Shown: piece after piece, positions 8,854 to 18,219 of the stretch | Layout of the letters: each line of letters opens with the position of its first letter | Numbering within the stretch: the first letter of the stretch is position 1 | DNA from: an uncultured Chloroflexia bacterium | GTDB taxonomy: Bacteria > Chloroflexota > Limnocylindria > QHBO01 | Assembly (NCBI GenBank): GCA_963773405.1 | Contig: CAVZAQ010000005.1 | Coordinates: 133,113 to 197,112 of the forward strand | Length of the DNA stretch: 64,000 bases | Direction of reading: 5' to 3' | Translations under genes and position numbers: made by a program | The notes under the pieces: generated by a model | Told to the model about the DNA's origin: nothing | Database searches by the model: none | Seen by the model: only the letters and a program-made list of their open reading frames with translations

Positions 8854-9675
8854 TCAGAGGCGAGGGTCGCGGCGCCAGAGCTCACTCTCGACAGCGTCGG
8901 TCAGGGTCCCGACCACGCGGGTGGCAAACCGGTCCACCAGCCGCTCCAGGAAGGGACGGCGCGCATGGACAGCGACGCCGCGAGCCGGCACGCCGGCAGC
9001 AGCCGCGGCGATCTCGATGGCCCGCTCAAGGTCGCCCACCTCGTCCGCGAGGCCAAGCTCCACGGACCTGCTGCCCAGCCACACCTCGCCGGTCGCCAGC
9101 TCCCTGGCGCGCTCGGGGGACAGGTGCCGGCCCTCGGCCACCCGGCCGATGAAGGCGTCGTAGAAGGCGTCGACGATCTCGCGCTCCTTCGCCGCCTCCT
9201 CGGGGGTGTCGTCCCGCCAGGGAGCGCCCTGGCCCTTGAGGCTGCCCGCCTTGGTCTCCTGGATCCGCACGCCGATGCGCTCGAGCAACGTCGCGACCCG
9301 GGGTGCCGCGCTGATCACGCCGATGGAGCCCACGACCGCGTTGGGTGCCACGACGATGGAGCGCGCCGCCAGCGCGGCGAGATAGGCGCCCGAGGCGCCG
9401 ACGCCGCGGACGTGCGCGACCAGCGGCTTCTCTGCGGCGAGCCGGGCGAGCGCAAGGTACAGATAATCCGATGCCGGGGCAGATCCGCCCGGCGAGTCGA
9501 TGTCGAGGACGACCGCCGGGATCCGTCGCGAGCGACGGGTGCGCGCAACGGTCTCGATCCAGTCGGCGGAGCGGGGGCCACCCGAGATGGGGCCGTACAG
9601 GCGAAGGACGGCGACGCGACCGGTCATCGACGACCGGCGGTCGAGGAATCGGCGCAGGGTTTCAGCAAGCTTCAT
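8854..9675 (-). CDS. sppA: signal peptide peptidase SppA, S49 family, short single-domain type
   Basis: LDIDSPGGS, ASGAYLAA, VVGSIGVI, KAGSLK, ATGEVWLG, GLADEVG. TACGAT lies 7 nt upstream of the ATG. Confidence 0.88.
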   Translation of the reverse strand: MKLAETLRRFLDRRSSMTGRVAVLRLYGPISGGPRSADWIETVARTRRSRRIPAVVLDIDSPGGSAPASDYLYLALARLAAEKPLVAHVRGVGASGAYLAALAARSIVVAPNAVVGSIGVISAAPRVATLLERIGVRIQETKAGSLKGQGAPWRDDTPEEAAKEREIVDAFYDAFIGRVAEGRHLSPERARELATGEVWLGSRSVELGLADEVGDLERAIEIAAAAAGVPARGVAVHARRPFLERLVDRFATRVVGTLTDAVESELWRRDPRL

Positions 9676-9752
9676 GCCGCTCATCGTAGACCGGGGCGGC
9701 TCGGAGCGGATGCCGACCATCGGGACCGCTCCAACGACCGGCGGTGCGCGGA

Positions 9753-11576
9753 TCAGTCCGCCTCGGGAAGCGCCGCGCTCGGGGACTGGGGCGTTCGCAG
9801 GTCGCGGAGGGAGTCCTGGTCCAGGCGGGCGAAGCGCGGCAGGTCGGTGTTGGTCCGCGAGAGGCGCTCGGTCAGCTTGCTGAACACCAGGGAGCTGATC
9901 TGCGGAACGCCCATCAGCTCGCGGAGCGCGACCGCCGGTACCTCCATGAGGGTGGTCGGTTCCTCGGCCACGACGTTCGCGGTTCGCTGAGAGCCGGTCA
10001 GCGCGCCGATCTCGCCGAAGAAGTCGCCGGGCTCCATGGAGGAGAGCGCGCGGTACGCGCCATCCTCCCCGGCGATGCCGGCCACCGTCCTGCCGGAGAG
10101 GATGAAGAAGGCGGCGTCGCCGACCTCGCCGGCTGTGACGACCGTTGCCCCCTCCGCCGCATCGGCGACGTGCGACTGCGCGATGAGGTGCTGCCGCTCG
10201 CGGTCGCCCAGGAGGCCCAGCGCCGGGACGTGCCCGACCAGGAGGTCGAAGTCGGCGGCGGTTGCCGGCCGCATGGCTCCCAGGCCCGGGGCCATGGGCG
10301 CGGCGCGCAGCAGGCGCATCGCACGGCGCCACTCGGCCGCGGGCTGGCCGAGGCCCGGCAGGAAGTTCGTCCATATCCCGGCTGCCACGAGTATCGACTC
10401 GGTGAGGACCACCAGGAGCCGGAGGTCCACCACGTCGGCCAGGGCGGCCATGCTCATCCCCATCAGGAAGACAGCGTCGCGTGATACGAAGAAGGCGCTG
10501 TTCACGCGTCCGCGGAAGTCCCGTGGCGTGTTGCGCTGGATGACAAGGCGCCGTCCGATGCCGACCGGGGAGTTGAAGAAGCCGGAGAGCATGATCAGGC
10601 CGATGGCGACGCCCACGTTTGGTGCGAGGCCATAGAAGATCCCCGCCACGCCCATCAGGATGAAGCCGATGGCGAGCCACTGGCCCTCGCGCAATCGGTC
10701 TGCCAGGTTGGCCATCAGGAGGCTGCCCACCACGAAGCCGACCGACGTGAGGCCCTCCTGCAGCCCGTACTCGAACTCCGTGGCGTTCAGCGCGTGGATG
10801 GCGAACGGGAGGAGCAGCGTGTTGAACAGGCCGAACGAGAGGAACGCGGGGGCCGACACCAAGAAGAGCGAGCGGAGGATGGGTGTCGAGAAGAGGAAGC
10901 CGGCCCCGGCCCGCAGGTTCTTCCAGACCAGCTCGACGCTGGTCTCATCCTCAGCGGGCACGTGGCCGATGCGCACCATGCTGATGCAGGCGGCCGATAC
11001 CACGAACGTCACCGCGTCGAGCCAGAAGGCCCACTCGATGGGCAGCGTCGAGGCGATGAGACCGGAGAGCGCGAACCCGACCGCGGTGGAGCCGAAGCTC
11101 GAGATCGACATCAGCGAGTTGGCGGCTGCCAGCTCCTCCTCGCTGGCGATCTCCGGGAGCACGCTCGCGTTCGCCGGTTCGAAGAACTGGCTCACCACCG
11201 ACGAGAGCGCCACGAACAGGTAGAGCCAGCCGATCCCAAGGTTCGCGAAGTCGCGGAGCACGATGAACGGGAGGAGCAGGACGATCGCGCCGCGGAGCAG
11301 GTCCGACGTGACCATGATCGCCTTGCGCGGCCAGCGGTCGACGAAGACGCCGGCCACCAGCCCCACCAGCAGGCTCGGCGCGGCGGTGGCCATCAGCATG
11401 AGGCCCACCGAGAACACGGAACCGGTGATGCGGTAGACGAGGATCCCCGCGGCCAGCGAGGTGAGGGCGCTGCCCGCGGTCGAGATGAGCTGCGCGGACC
11501 AGAGCAGCGCAAAATTGCGGTTCCGGAAAACCGCGAGAGGCGACAGGCGCGGGGCGGGCGCGGGGGCCGCTGTCAC
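9753..11576 (-). CDS. MFS transporter with C-terminal cyclic-nucleotide-binding domain
   Basis: FRNRNFALLWSAQLIS, GVFVDRWPRK motif A, about 12 TMs. C-terminal GEVGDAAFFILSG...GDFFGEIGALTGSQRTANV cNMP cassette. Confidence 0.9.
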   Translation of the reverse strand: MTAAPAPAPRLSPLAVFRNRNFALLWSAQLISTAGSALTSLAAGILVYRITGSVFSVGLMLMATAAPSLLVGLVAGVFVDRWPRKAIMVTSDLLRGAIVLLLPFIVLRDFANLGIGWLYLFVALSSVVSQFFEPANASVLPEIASEEELAAANSLMSISSFGSTAVGFALSGLIASTLPIEWAFWLDAVTFVVSAACISMVRIGHVPAEDETSVELVWKNLRAGAGFLFSTPILRSLFLVSAPAFLSFGLFNTLLLPFAIHALNATEFEYGLQEGLTSVGFVVGSLLMANLADRLREGQWLAIGFILMGVAGIFYGLAPNVGVAIGLIMLSGFFNSPVGIGRRLVIQRNTPRDFRGRVNSAFFVSRDAVFLMGMSMAALADVVDLRLLVVLTESILVAAGIWTNFLPGLGQPAAEWRRAMRLLRAAPMAPGLGAMRPATAADFDLLVGHVPALGLLGDRERQHLIAQSHVADAAEGATVVTAGEVGDAAFFILSGRTVAGIAGEDGAYRALSSMEPGDFFGEIGALTGSQRTANVVAEEPTTLMEVPAVALRELMGVPQISSLVFSKLTERLSRTNTDLPRFARLDQDSLRDLRTPQSPSAALPEAD

Positions 11577-11689
11577 GCGGGGAGTGTGCGGCAGGTGCGA
11601 AACTCGCCGCGCACGTTTTCCGCATTGGCCCGCGCGTATCCGCGCGCATCGGCCGGCTGCGCGTTGACCGGCCACCGCATCATGGCGCG

Positions 11690-13255
11690 ATGCAGCGTCG
11701 CTCCTGGATCCTGGTGGCGGTCGTCCTCGCCTCGGGGATCGTCTTTCTCGACTCGACCGTGGTCAACGTCGCGCTGAAAGCCATTGGCGAGGACCTGCCC
11801 GCGACCTTCGTGGGGGTCCTGGAGGGGGAGTCGTACGTCGTCAACGGGTATCTGCTGACGCTCTCCGCGCTCCTCATCCTGGCCGGCGCCCTGGCCGATA
11901 CGTACGGCCGCCGCCGGATGTTCCTCATTGGCCTGGTCGGGTTCGGGACGGCATCGGTCCTCTGCGGGGTGGCGCCCACCATGGAGCTGCTCATCGCCTT
12001 CCGGCTGCTCCAGGGCGTCTTCGGCGCCATGCTGGTCCCGACCTCGCTGGCGATCATCAACGCCAACTTCTCGGGGTCGGAGCGTGGTCGCGCGTTCGGG
12101 ATCTGGGCAGCGGCCACGGGCGTCACCACCATCGCGGGACCGGTGCTCGGCGGCTACGTCGTCGACCAGCTCTCGTGGCGGTTCGCGTTCCTCATCAACC
12201 CGCCGCTGGTGGTCATCGCCGTGATCGCAGCCCTGCGGTTCGTCCCGGAGTCACGCAACACGGAGGGCTCGCGTCGCTTCGACTGGCTCGGCGCCGCGGC
12301 CATCGCCGTGGCGGTGGGCGGGCTCACCTACGGTGCCATCCGTGGCCAGCAATCGCACTGGACGGACGTGAGCGCCTTCATCGCGCTGCCGATCGGCGCC
12401 CTCACCACGCTGGCCCTCGTCCCGCTCATGACCCGGCGCGCGCACCCGCTCGTGCCGCCGTTCCTGTTCAAGTCACGGAACTTCACGGTCACCAACGTCT
12501 CGACGATTCTCATCTACGGTGCGCTGTACACGTACGGGCAGTTCCAGGCCATCTTCCTGCAGGGGACGCTTGGCTACAGCGCCCTGGCCAGCGGGCTGGT
12601 GACGATCCCCTCGTCCCTCTTCCTGATCTTTCTCTCGACGCAGGTCGGCACCATTGCCGTCCGTTTCGGGCCGCGCCTGTTCATGACCGTGGGTCCGGCC
12701 CTCATGGGGCTCGGCGTCCTGTGGATGGCGCGCATCCCGGCCGACAGCCCGGCGTGGCGTGCGAGCGTCAGCCAGCCGGCGTCCCTCATACCGCCGCCGC
12801 AGACGGTCTTCGACCTGCTCCCGGCGCTCCTCGTCTTTGGCTTCGGGATCTCCATCATGGTTGCGCCGCTGACCACCGCGCTGATGACCTCGGTTCCGGC
12901 GCGCAACTCCGGCCTCGCGTCGGCCATCAACAACGCCGTGTCGCGGATAGGCCCGCTCCTTGCCGGGGCGGTCATCTTCATCGGCATCACGGCCAGCTTC
13001 TACGGAGGGCTCTCGTCGCGCCTCAACATCCCGACGGACACGCCCGCGATACGCGCACAGTTCCCACCGCTCAACGTCCCCGACCAGGGCAGCGCCTCGG
13101 AGATCGCCGCGGCCCGCAGCGCCTCGACCGATTCGTTCCACCTGGCCATGCTCATCGCAGCGGTGCTGTGCATCGGGGGAGCGACGGCGAACGGCCTGGG
13201 CATCGTGAATCACCCGGGCGAGGAGCGCAGCGAACCGGTCGGGAGCGCGGCCTAG
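11690..13255 (+). CDS. MFS transporter, DHA2 (14-TM) drug/H+ antiporter family
   Basis: FLDSTVVNVAL, GALADTYGRRR, RLLQGVFGA, GPVLGG, WRFAFLIN. Confidence 0.92.
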   Translation: MQRRSWILVAVVLASGIVFLDSTVVNVALKAIGEDLPATFVGVLEGESYVVNGYLLTLSALLILAGALADTYGRRRMFLIGLVGFGTASVLCGVAPTMELLIAFRLLQGVFGAMLVPTSLAIINANFSGSERGRAFGIWAAATGVTTIAGPVLGGYVVDQLSWRFAFLINPPLVVIAVIAALRFVPESRNTEGSRRFDWLGAAAIAVAVGGLTYGAIRGQQSHWTDVSAFIALPIGALTTLALVPLMTRRAHPLVPPFLFKSRNFTVTNVSTILIYGALYTYGQFQAIFLQGTLGYSALASGLVTIPSSLFLIFLSTQVGTIAVRFGPRLFMTVGPALMGLGVLWMARIPADSPAWRASVSQPASLIPPPQTVFDLLPALLVFGFGISIMVAPLTTALMTSVPARNSGLASAINNAVSRIGPLLAGAVIFIGITASFYGGLSSRLNIPTDTPAIRAQFPPLNVPDQGSASEIAAARSASTDSFHLAMLIAAVLCIGGATANGLGIVNHPGEERSEPVGSAA

Positions 13256-13282
13256 CGGACGCGCCCCGCCCCGGGAGGCGGG

Positions 13283-14503
13283 TCAGAAGACGGCGGGGCA
13301 CCATGGGGCGAGTGCGGTGCGCAGCAGCGCATCGCCGCGCGCGACCGCGCCCGGCGTGCCCTCTTCGATCCGTCCGGCCATGGCCAGCTCCGCGAGGGAC
13401 ACGCCGCCAAGGAAGACTGCACCCAGCTCGCCGATGCCAAGGCTAAGGTCCGCGTCCATCGTCGAGCGGCGGACGGAGCCTCCCTGGGGCATCGCGTCGA
13501 GCTCCCAGCGCCCGGCGTTCTCCTCGAAGAGGGGGTCGCGGACCTCGAGCACCAGTCGATCGCGCCCGGCATATGCGCGCTGCTCGAGCGCCACGGGCAG
13601 GTCCACGATCCGCAGCCAGAGCGCGTCGCCGATCCGCAAGCCCAGGCGCCGGGGTTCGGCCAGGATGAACCGCAGGGCGGTGTCGACCGGGACGTTGAAG
13701 GCGCGGGTGTTTGCCGTGAGGTCCACGGAGAACAGGTACCCCCATAGCTCTCGCTCCGCCTCCGGCGTCAGGGCGATCGCCTCCGACACATCCACGCTGC
13801 CCCTGGGTCCGCGGTCGTCCCAGTCGCCATGGACCCGGTAGCGGGCGTACGCGTCCGCCACGCCATCGGTCTCGTGCAGGAGGAAGAATGCGGGGCCGCC
13901 GCCGCGCCGCCAGCGCTCGGGGTCGTGAACGAACTCCGCGCGCCACCAGGCGTCGTTGAGCGAGACGGCCCCGATGCGCATTGGCACGAAGCGGTCGTAG
14001 ACGCTGCGGCACGGCTCGGTGGCATCGGCCGGGTCGAGCAGGCGGAACGTGCCGCGCGGCACGTGCTGCTCGCGGAACGTTGCCCGCGATCGCTCGATCT
14101 CGATGGACCCTTTGAACGACGCGAGCCCATACCCGAAGCGGCCGTAGATCGCCGCCTCGGAGGCCCACAGGATCGCGATCGGCTCGCCACGTGCGCGGAT
14201 CGCGTCGAGCTGGGCGCGCATCATCGCGGTGAGCACGCCACGCCGGCGGTGGGTGGGGTGCACCCCGACCATCGTCACCCCGGCGGCCGGCATGGAGCCG
14301 CCCGGGACGGTGAGATCGAAGGTGAAGATACCGGCGGTGCCCACGACCCGGTTGGCGTCGTAGGCGGCAATGGCCCGGTCGAGCTCCGCATAGCCTTCCA
14401 TGACGGGAAGGTCCTCGTCGACCACGCGCTGGCCGAAGGCGACGTCGACGGCGTCGAACCAGTCGTGCAGCGACCCGCTGAAGGGCCGAACCTCGATGGG
14501 CAT
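13283..14503 (-). CDS. Eis-like GNAT acetyltransferase with SCP2-like C-terminal domain
   Basis: VTMVGVHPTHRRRGVLTAMM, LWASEAAIYGRFGYG, LWLRIVDLPVALEQRAY, C-terminal PWCPAVF. Confidence 0.9.
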   Translation of the reverse strand: MPIEVRPFSGSLHDWFDAVDVAFGQRVVDEDLPVMEGYAELDRAIAAYDANRVVGTAGIFTFDLTVPGGSMPAAGVTMVGVHPTHRRRGVLTAMMRAQLDAIRARGEPIAILWASEAAIYGRFGYGLASFKGSIEIERSRATFREQHVPRGTFRLLDPADATEPCRSVYDRFVPMRIGAVSLNDAWWRAEFVHDPERWRRGGGPAFFLLHETDGVADAYARYRVHGDWDDRGPRGSVDVSEAIALTPEAERELWGYLFSVDLTANTRAFNVPVDTALRFILAEPRRLGLRIGDALWLRIVDLPVALEQRAYAGRDRLVLEVRDPLFEENAGRWELDAMPQGGSVRRSTMDADLSLGIGELGAVFLGGVSLAELAMAGRIEEGTPGAVARGDALLRTALAPWCPAVF

Positions 14504-14694
14504 ATCGGACAGTATCGGGCTCAGGGGAGGGTTCGTCATGCGCCGATGGTGACAAGTTGCCGACCATGCGGCTGTCGCCTCGCCGACACCCGCAACCTGG
14601 CTGGCCCGCGGCATGGGGCCGGGCTATGATTGCCGGCGCCCGCTCATCTGCGCCTCGCCGCTCGGCGCGAGCCCTGGAGCGGCTCGGAGGTAGC

Positions 14695-16554
14695 TTGACC
14701 CGGTTCACCAAACTCGCCGCGGCAACCGTGGCGATGACATTCGCGCTGGTCGTGGTTGGCGTCGTCGTCCGTTCGACCGGATCCGGGCTGGGCTGCCCGG
14801 AATGGCCCACGTGCTACGGCAGCTTCATTCCGCCCTTCAATGACATCCACGCGATCATCGAGTGGTCCCACCGCACCACCGCGGCGGTCGTGGGCCTGCT
14901 CGCCTTCGCGGTGGCGGTGGCCGCGGTCGTCTCCCATCGCGGTCGCGGGTCGCTCCTCTGGCCGTCACTGGCCGGTTTCGTGCTGGTCGTCTTCCAGGCA
15001 GCCCTGGGCAAGATCACCGTGGAGAGCGAGCTCTCCGGTGACATCGTCACCGCGCACCTGGCCACCGCCATGGCGCTGTTTGCCCTCCTGATCTACCTCG
15101 CCGTGCGTTCCGGCCTGCCGGCGCGCATCGGACGCGGGGGTGGTTGGGACGGGCTCACCTGGTGGATGGCGGGGACGGCCGGCGCGGTGTACGTCCTCCT
15201 GTTGCTGGGGTCTCACGTGACCGCCACCGGCACCGCCCTGGTCTTCCCGGACTGGCCGCTGATGAACGGGACCCCGTTCCCGGGCCTCGACGCCGCCACG
15301 GCGCCCCACGTCATCCATCGCTGGGCGGCCGTGGTCGTAGGCCTGGTCCTGGCCGCGGCCACGGTGATCGCGTGGCGCGCCAGGGAGCACCGCCCGTGGG
15401 TCGCCCGGCTCACCGTCACCGCTGCGCTGCTCTACCTCGTGCAGGCTGTCGTGGGCGGACTCCAGGTTTTCACCGATCTGTCCGTCTGGTCACAGGTCGT
15501 GCACCTGTCGCTGGGGGCCGCGATCTGGGGACTCCTGGTCGCCGCGGCGGTGATGGCTCACTATGCCGCCCGCCTCGAGGGTGAAGCGGCCGCGATATCC
15601 GCGCCCGTGGCTGCCGCCGTGCCTGAGGGCGCCGCCGCCCAGGGGAGCGCTCCGGTGCGGGGAGCGGATTCCTCGCGATTCCAGGTGCTTCGCGCCTACG
15701 TGGCGCTCACCAAGCCCCGCATCATCGAGCTCCTGCTGGTCACAACCGTGCCAACCATGGTGCTCGCCGCACGTGGCATCCCGTCCCCGTGGCTGATGGT
15801 CGCGGTGATCCTGGGCGGGACAATGGCCGCAGGCGGAGCGAACGCCATCAACCAGTACGTGGACCGCGACATCGACGACCTCATGCGGCGGACGCGACGC
15901 CGGCCGCTGCCGCAGAACTCGATCCAGCCCAGGTCCGCGCTCGTCTTTGGCATTTGCCTGTCGATCGTCTCGTTCGTCTTCCTGGCGGTCACCGTCAACC
16001 TCCTGAGCGCCCTCCTTGCCACGAGCGCCATTGGCTTCTACGTCTTCGTCTATACCCTGTGGCTCAAGCGTTCGACCCCGCAGAACATCGTCATCGGCGG
16101 GGCGGCCGGCAGCGTGCCGGTGCTCGTGGCCTGGGCATCTGTCACCGGGACGGTGGGGGTCCCGGCGCTGGTCCTGTTCGCCATCGTCTTCTACTGGACG
16201 CCGCCCCATTTCTGGGCGCTGGCGCTGCGCTACAAGGGCGACTACGCGACCGCCAGGGTGCCCATGATGCCCGTGGTCCGCGGCGAGGCGGAGACGGCCC
16301 GCCAGATCACGCTCTACTCCCTCCTGCTGGTCGCGGTGAGCCTGCTCCTCTTCCCCGCCGCGCAGATGGGCCTCATCTACCTCGGATCGGCCGTGGCGCT
16401 GGGGATCGCCTTCGTGTGGTATGCCCTTCGCGTGCAGCGCAACGTGACCGATGGACGCGCGGCCATTGACCTCTTCCGCTACTCGATCAGCTACCTGACC
16501 CTGCTCTTCGCGGCCGTCGCGGTCGACAGCCTCCTGCGCCTCGGTATCACCTGA
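14695..16554 (+). CDS. ctaA-ctaB: fused heme A synthase (CtaA) and protoheme IX farnesyltransferase (CtaB/CyoE)
   Basis: TTG start after GGAGG. CtaA motifs GLGCPEWPTC, EWSHR, HLATA, HRWAA, HLSLG. After a linker, CtaB motifs YVALTKPRII, DRDIDDLMRRTRRRP, LKRSTPQNIVIGG, WTPPHFWALA. Confidence 0.93.
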   Translation: MTRFTKLAAATVAMTFALVVVGVVVRSTGSGLGCPEWPTCYGSFIPPFNDIHAIIEWSHRTTAAVVGLLAFAVAVAAVVSHRGRGSLLWPSLAGFVLVVFQAALGKITVESELSGDIVTAHLATAMALFALLIYLAVRSGLPARIGRGGGWDGLTWWMAGTAGAVYVLLLLGSHVTATGTALVFPDWPLMNGTPFPGLDAATAPHVIHRWAAVVVGLVLAAATVIAWRAREHRPWVARLTVTAALLYLVQAVVGGLQVFTDLSVWSQVVHLSLGAAIWGLLVAAAVMAHYAARLEGEAAAISAPVAAAVPEGAAAQGSAPVRGADSSRFQVLRAYVALTKPRIIELLLVTTVPTMVLAARGIPSPWLMVAVILGGTMAAGGANAINQYVDRDIDDLMRRTRRRPLPQNSIQPRSALVFGICLSIVSFVFLAVTVNLLSALLATSAIGFYVFVYTLWLKRSTPQNIVIGGAAGSVPVLVAWASVTGTVGVPALVLFAIVFYWTPPHFWALALRYKGDYATARVPMMPVVRGEAETARQITLYSLLLVAVSLLLFPAAQMGLIYLGSAVALGIAFVWYALRVQRNVTDGRAAIDLFRYSISYLTLLFAAVAVDSLLRLGIT

Positions 16555-17581
16555 CCGTTCGGGCAGATGCATTCTCCGGATCTCGGGCCGGCTCTCCGTG
16601 TTCGCGCGCCCGGAGCAGCCGCTCCTCCTCGTCGAGCCGCGCATCGAGGCGTGCCGTCCGGACGTCCTCGAAGCGCATCCAGGCCGCGACCACGCCCAGC
16701 ATGGCCGCCAGGAAGACCATGTCGCCCATGACCCACATCAGGGTCCCGCCCAGCTGCTGATCGGCGAGCGGACTCGGGCCCCAGCTGCGGATCGTGGTCA
16801 GGTAATGGGGGTAGAGAACCGATTCGCTCGAGAGGAGCGCCACCCCAAGGAACGAGTTCTGGGGCAGGGCCAGGAAGAGGTACAGGAGGCGCACCGGGTG
16901 CGGCATTCGCCACGGCATCGGGTCGGGGCTGATGACCGGCCACCAGAAGAGGAGCCCGGCGCCGAGCATGGTGAGATGCTCGATGTAGTGGACCACGTCG
17001 TCCTCGAGTGCCACGTTGTACAGGCTGCTGAAATGCCACCCCCAGTTCACCGCCGCGAACAGGAGCCAGGCCGTGAGCGGGAAGGCGAGCCAGCGCAGAA
17101 CGCGGCTGTGGAGGACGGCCAGGATCCAGCGACGTCCCCGCGGCGACGCGGCTCGGAGGGCCAGGGTGATGGGAGCCGCCATCACGATGAGCGGCGCGGC
17201 GACGAGCTCCAGGAGCATGTGCTGCACCATGTGGATGCTGAAGAGCTGTCCCTCGTACGTGTCGATGGGCGAGACGAGCGCCACGGCGATGGCGAGCAGA
17301 CCCCCCAGGAAGAGCCATCGCCGATATCGCGGCACCGGGGTCACGGCGTGCACGCGGTCGGTCTGCCGTTCCGCCCAAAGGTACGCGCCGGCGGCAAGCA
17401 GGCAGCCGATGAGCGGGAGCGGGTCCAGGCTCCAGTCGAGGAGGACCCCCGGGAACGAGGGCACCGGCAGCCCCTCCCCGTGGGCCAGCACCCGTGCGGA
17501 CGCAGCGATCCCCAGCGCCGAAGCGCCGGCGAGGGCGGCAAGCAGTCGAAGCCGGACAGTCGAAAGCGAGCGCGGGGTCAC
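16547..17581 (-). CDS. ctaG: cytochrome c oxidase assembly protein, Caa3_CtaG family
   Basis: FSIHMVQHMLL, WHFSSLY, HYIEH, DQQLGGTLMW. GTG at 17581 follows a GGAGAA RBS. Confidence 0.88.
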   Translation of the reverse strand: MTPRSLSTVRLRLLAALAGASALGIAASARVLAHGEGLPVPSFPGVLLDWSLDPLPLIGCLLAAGAYLWAERQTDRVHAVTPVPRYRRWLFLGGLLAIAVALVSPIDTYEGQLFSIHMVQHMLLELVAAPLIVMAAPITLALRAASPRGRRWILAVLHSRVLRWLAFPLTAWLLFAAVNWGWHFSSLYNVALEDDVVHYIEHLTMLGAGLLFWWPVISPDPMPWRMPHPVRLLYLFLALPQNSFLGVALLSSESVLYPHYLTTIRSWGPSPLADQQLGGTLMWVMGDMVFLAAMLGVVAAWMRFEDVRTARLDARLDEEERLLRAREHGEPARDPENASARTVR

Positions 17582-17739
17582 GAGCCCATTCTCCACGACC
17601 GCGCCCCCGCATGGCGTGGCCCGTGGGTTGAACCGCCCGCCGAGTCGCCCGCGGCAGGGGACGCCGCGGTCCGAACGGCCCGCCACCACCCATCGAACGG
17701 CCCTTCGAGGCCCCGGGCGCCGCGGGCTACCGTGGAGCC

Positions 17740-18219
17740 ATGAACGAACGTGGCCTTTCCGTGCGGCTCAGCGACTCCTGGTTCGGGACGAACCTGCCGC
17801 CGCATGCCCTCTCGCAGCTCGCGGAGATCGCGGAGCTGCGGGCATATCCCGCCGAGGCGACCGTGCTCCGCGAGGGTGTCCCGACCACTGAGTTCGGAAT
17901 CGTCCTCTCCGGGCGCATTGCCCTGCGGACCCTGGTCCCCGAGCGAGGCCCGGTGACGGTGCTGACCGTGGAGCCGGGCGATGTCTTCGGCTGGTCGGCC
18001 GTCGTGGAACCGCACGTCTCGACCTCGACCGTCGTGGCCCTGGAGGCGGTGGAGGCGCTGGTCTTCGGCGGATCCGAGCTCCGGCGGCTGCTCGCGTCGG
18101 ACGCGGCCCTGGCAGCCTCCGTGTACCCGCGCCTGCTGACCGCGGTCGCGCGTCGCCTGGTGGCCACCCGGACCCAGCTCCTCGACCTGTACGCGGGTCA
18201 GGAGCAGGTTGCATGGTGA
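17740..18219 (+). CDS. stand-alone cyclic-nucleotide-binding-fold protein (no HTH) at the head of the hydrogenase operon
   Basis: VLREG...IVLSGRIAL...PGDVFGWSAVV, C-terminal RRLVATRTQLLDLY. This family usually accompanies actinobacterial-type group 3b hydrogenases. Confidence 0.85.
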   Translation: MNERGLSVRLSDSWFGTNLPPHALSQLAEIAELRAYPAEATVLREGVPTTEFGIVLSGRIALRTLVPERGPVTVLTVEPGDVFGWSAVVEPHVSTSTVVALEAVEALVFGGSELRRLLASDAALAASVYPRLLTAVARRLVATRTQLLDLYAGQEQVAW

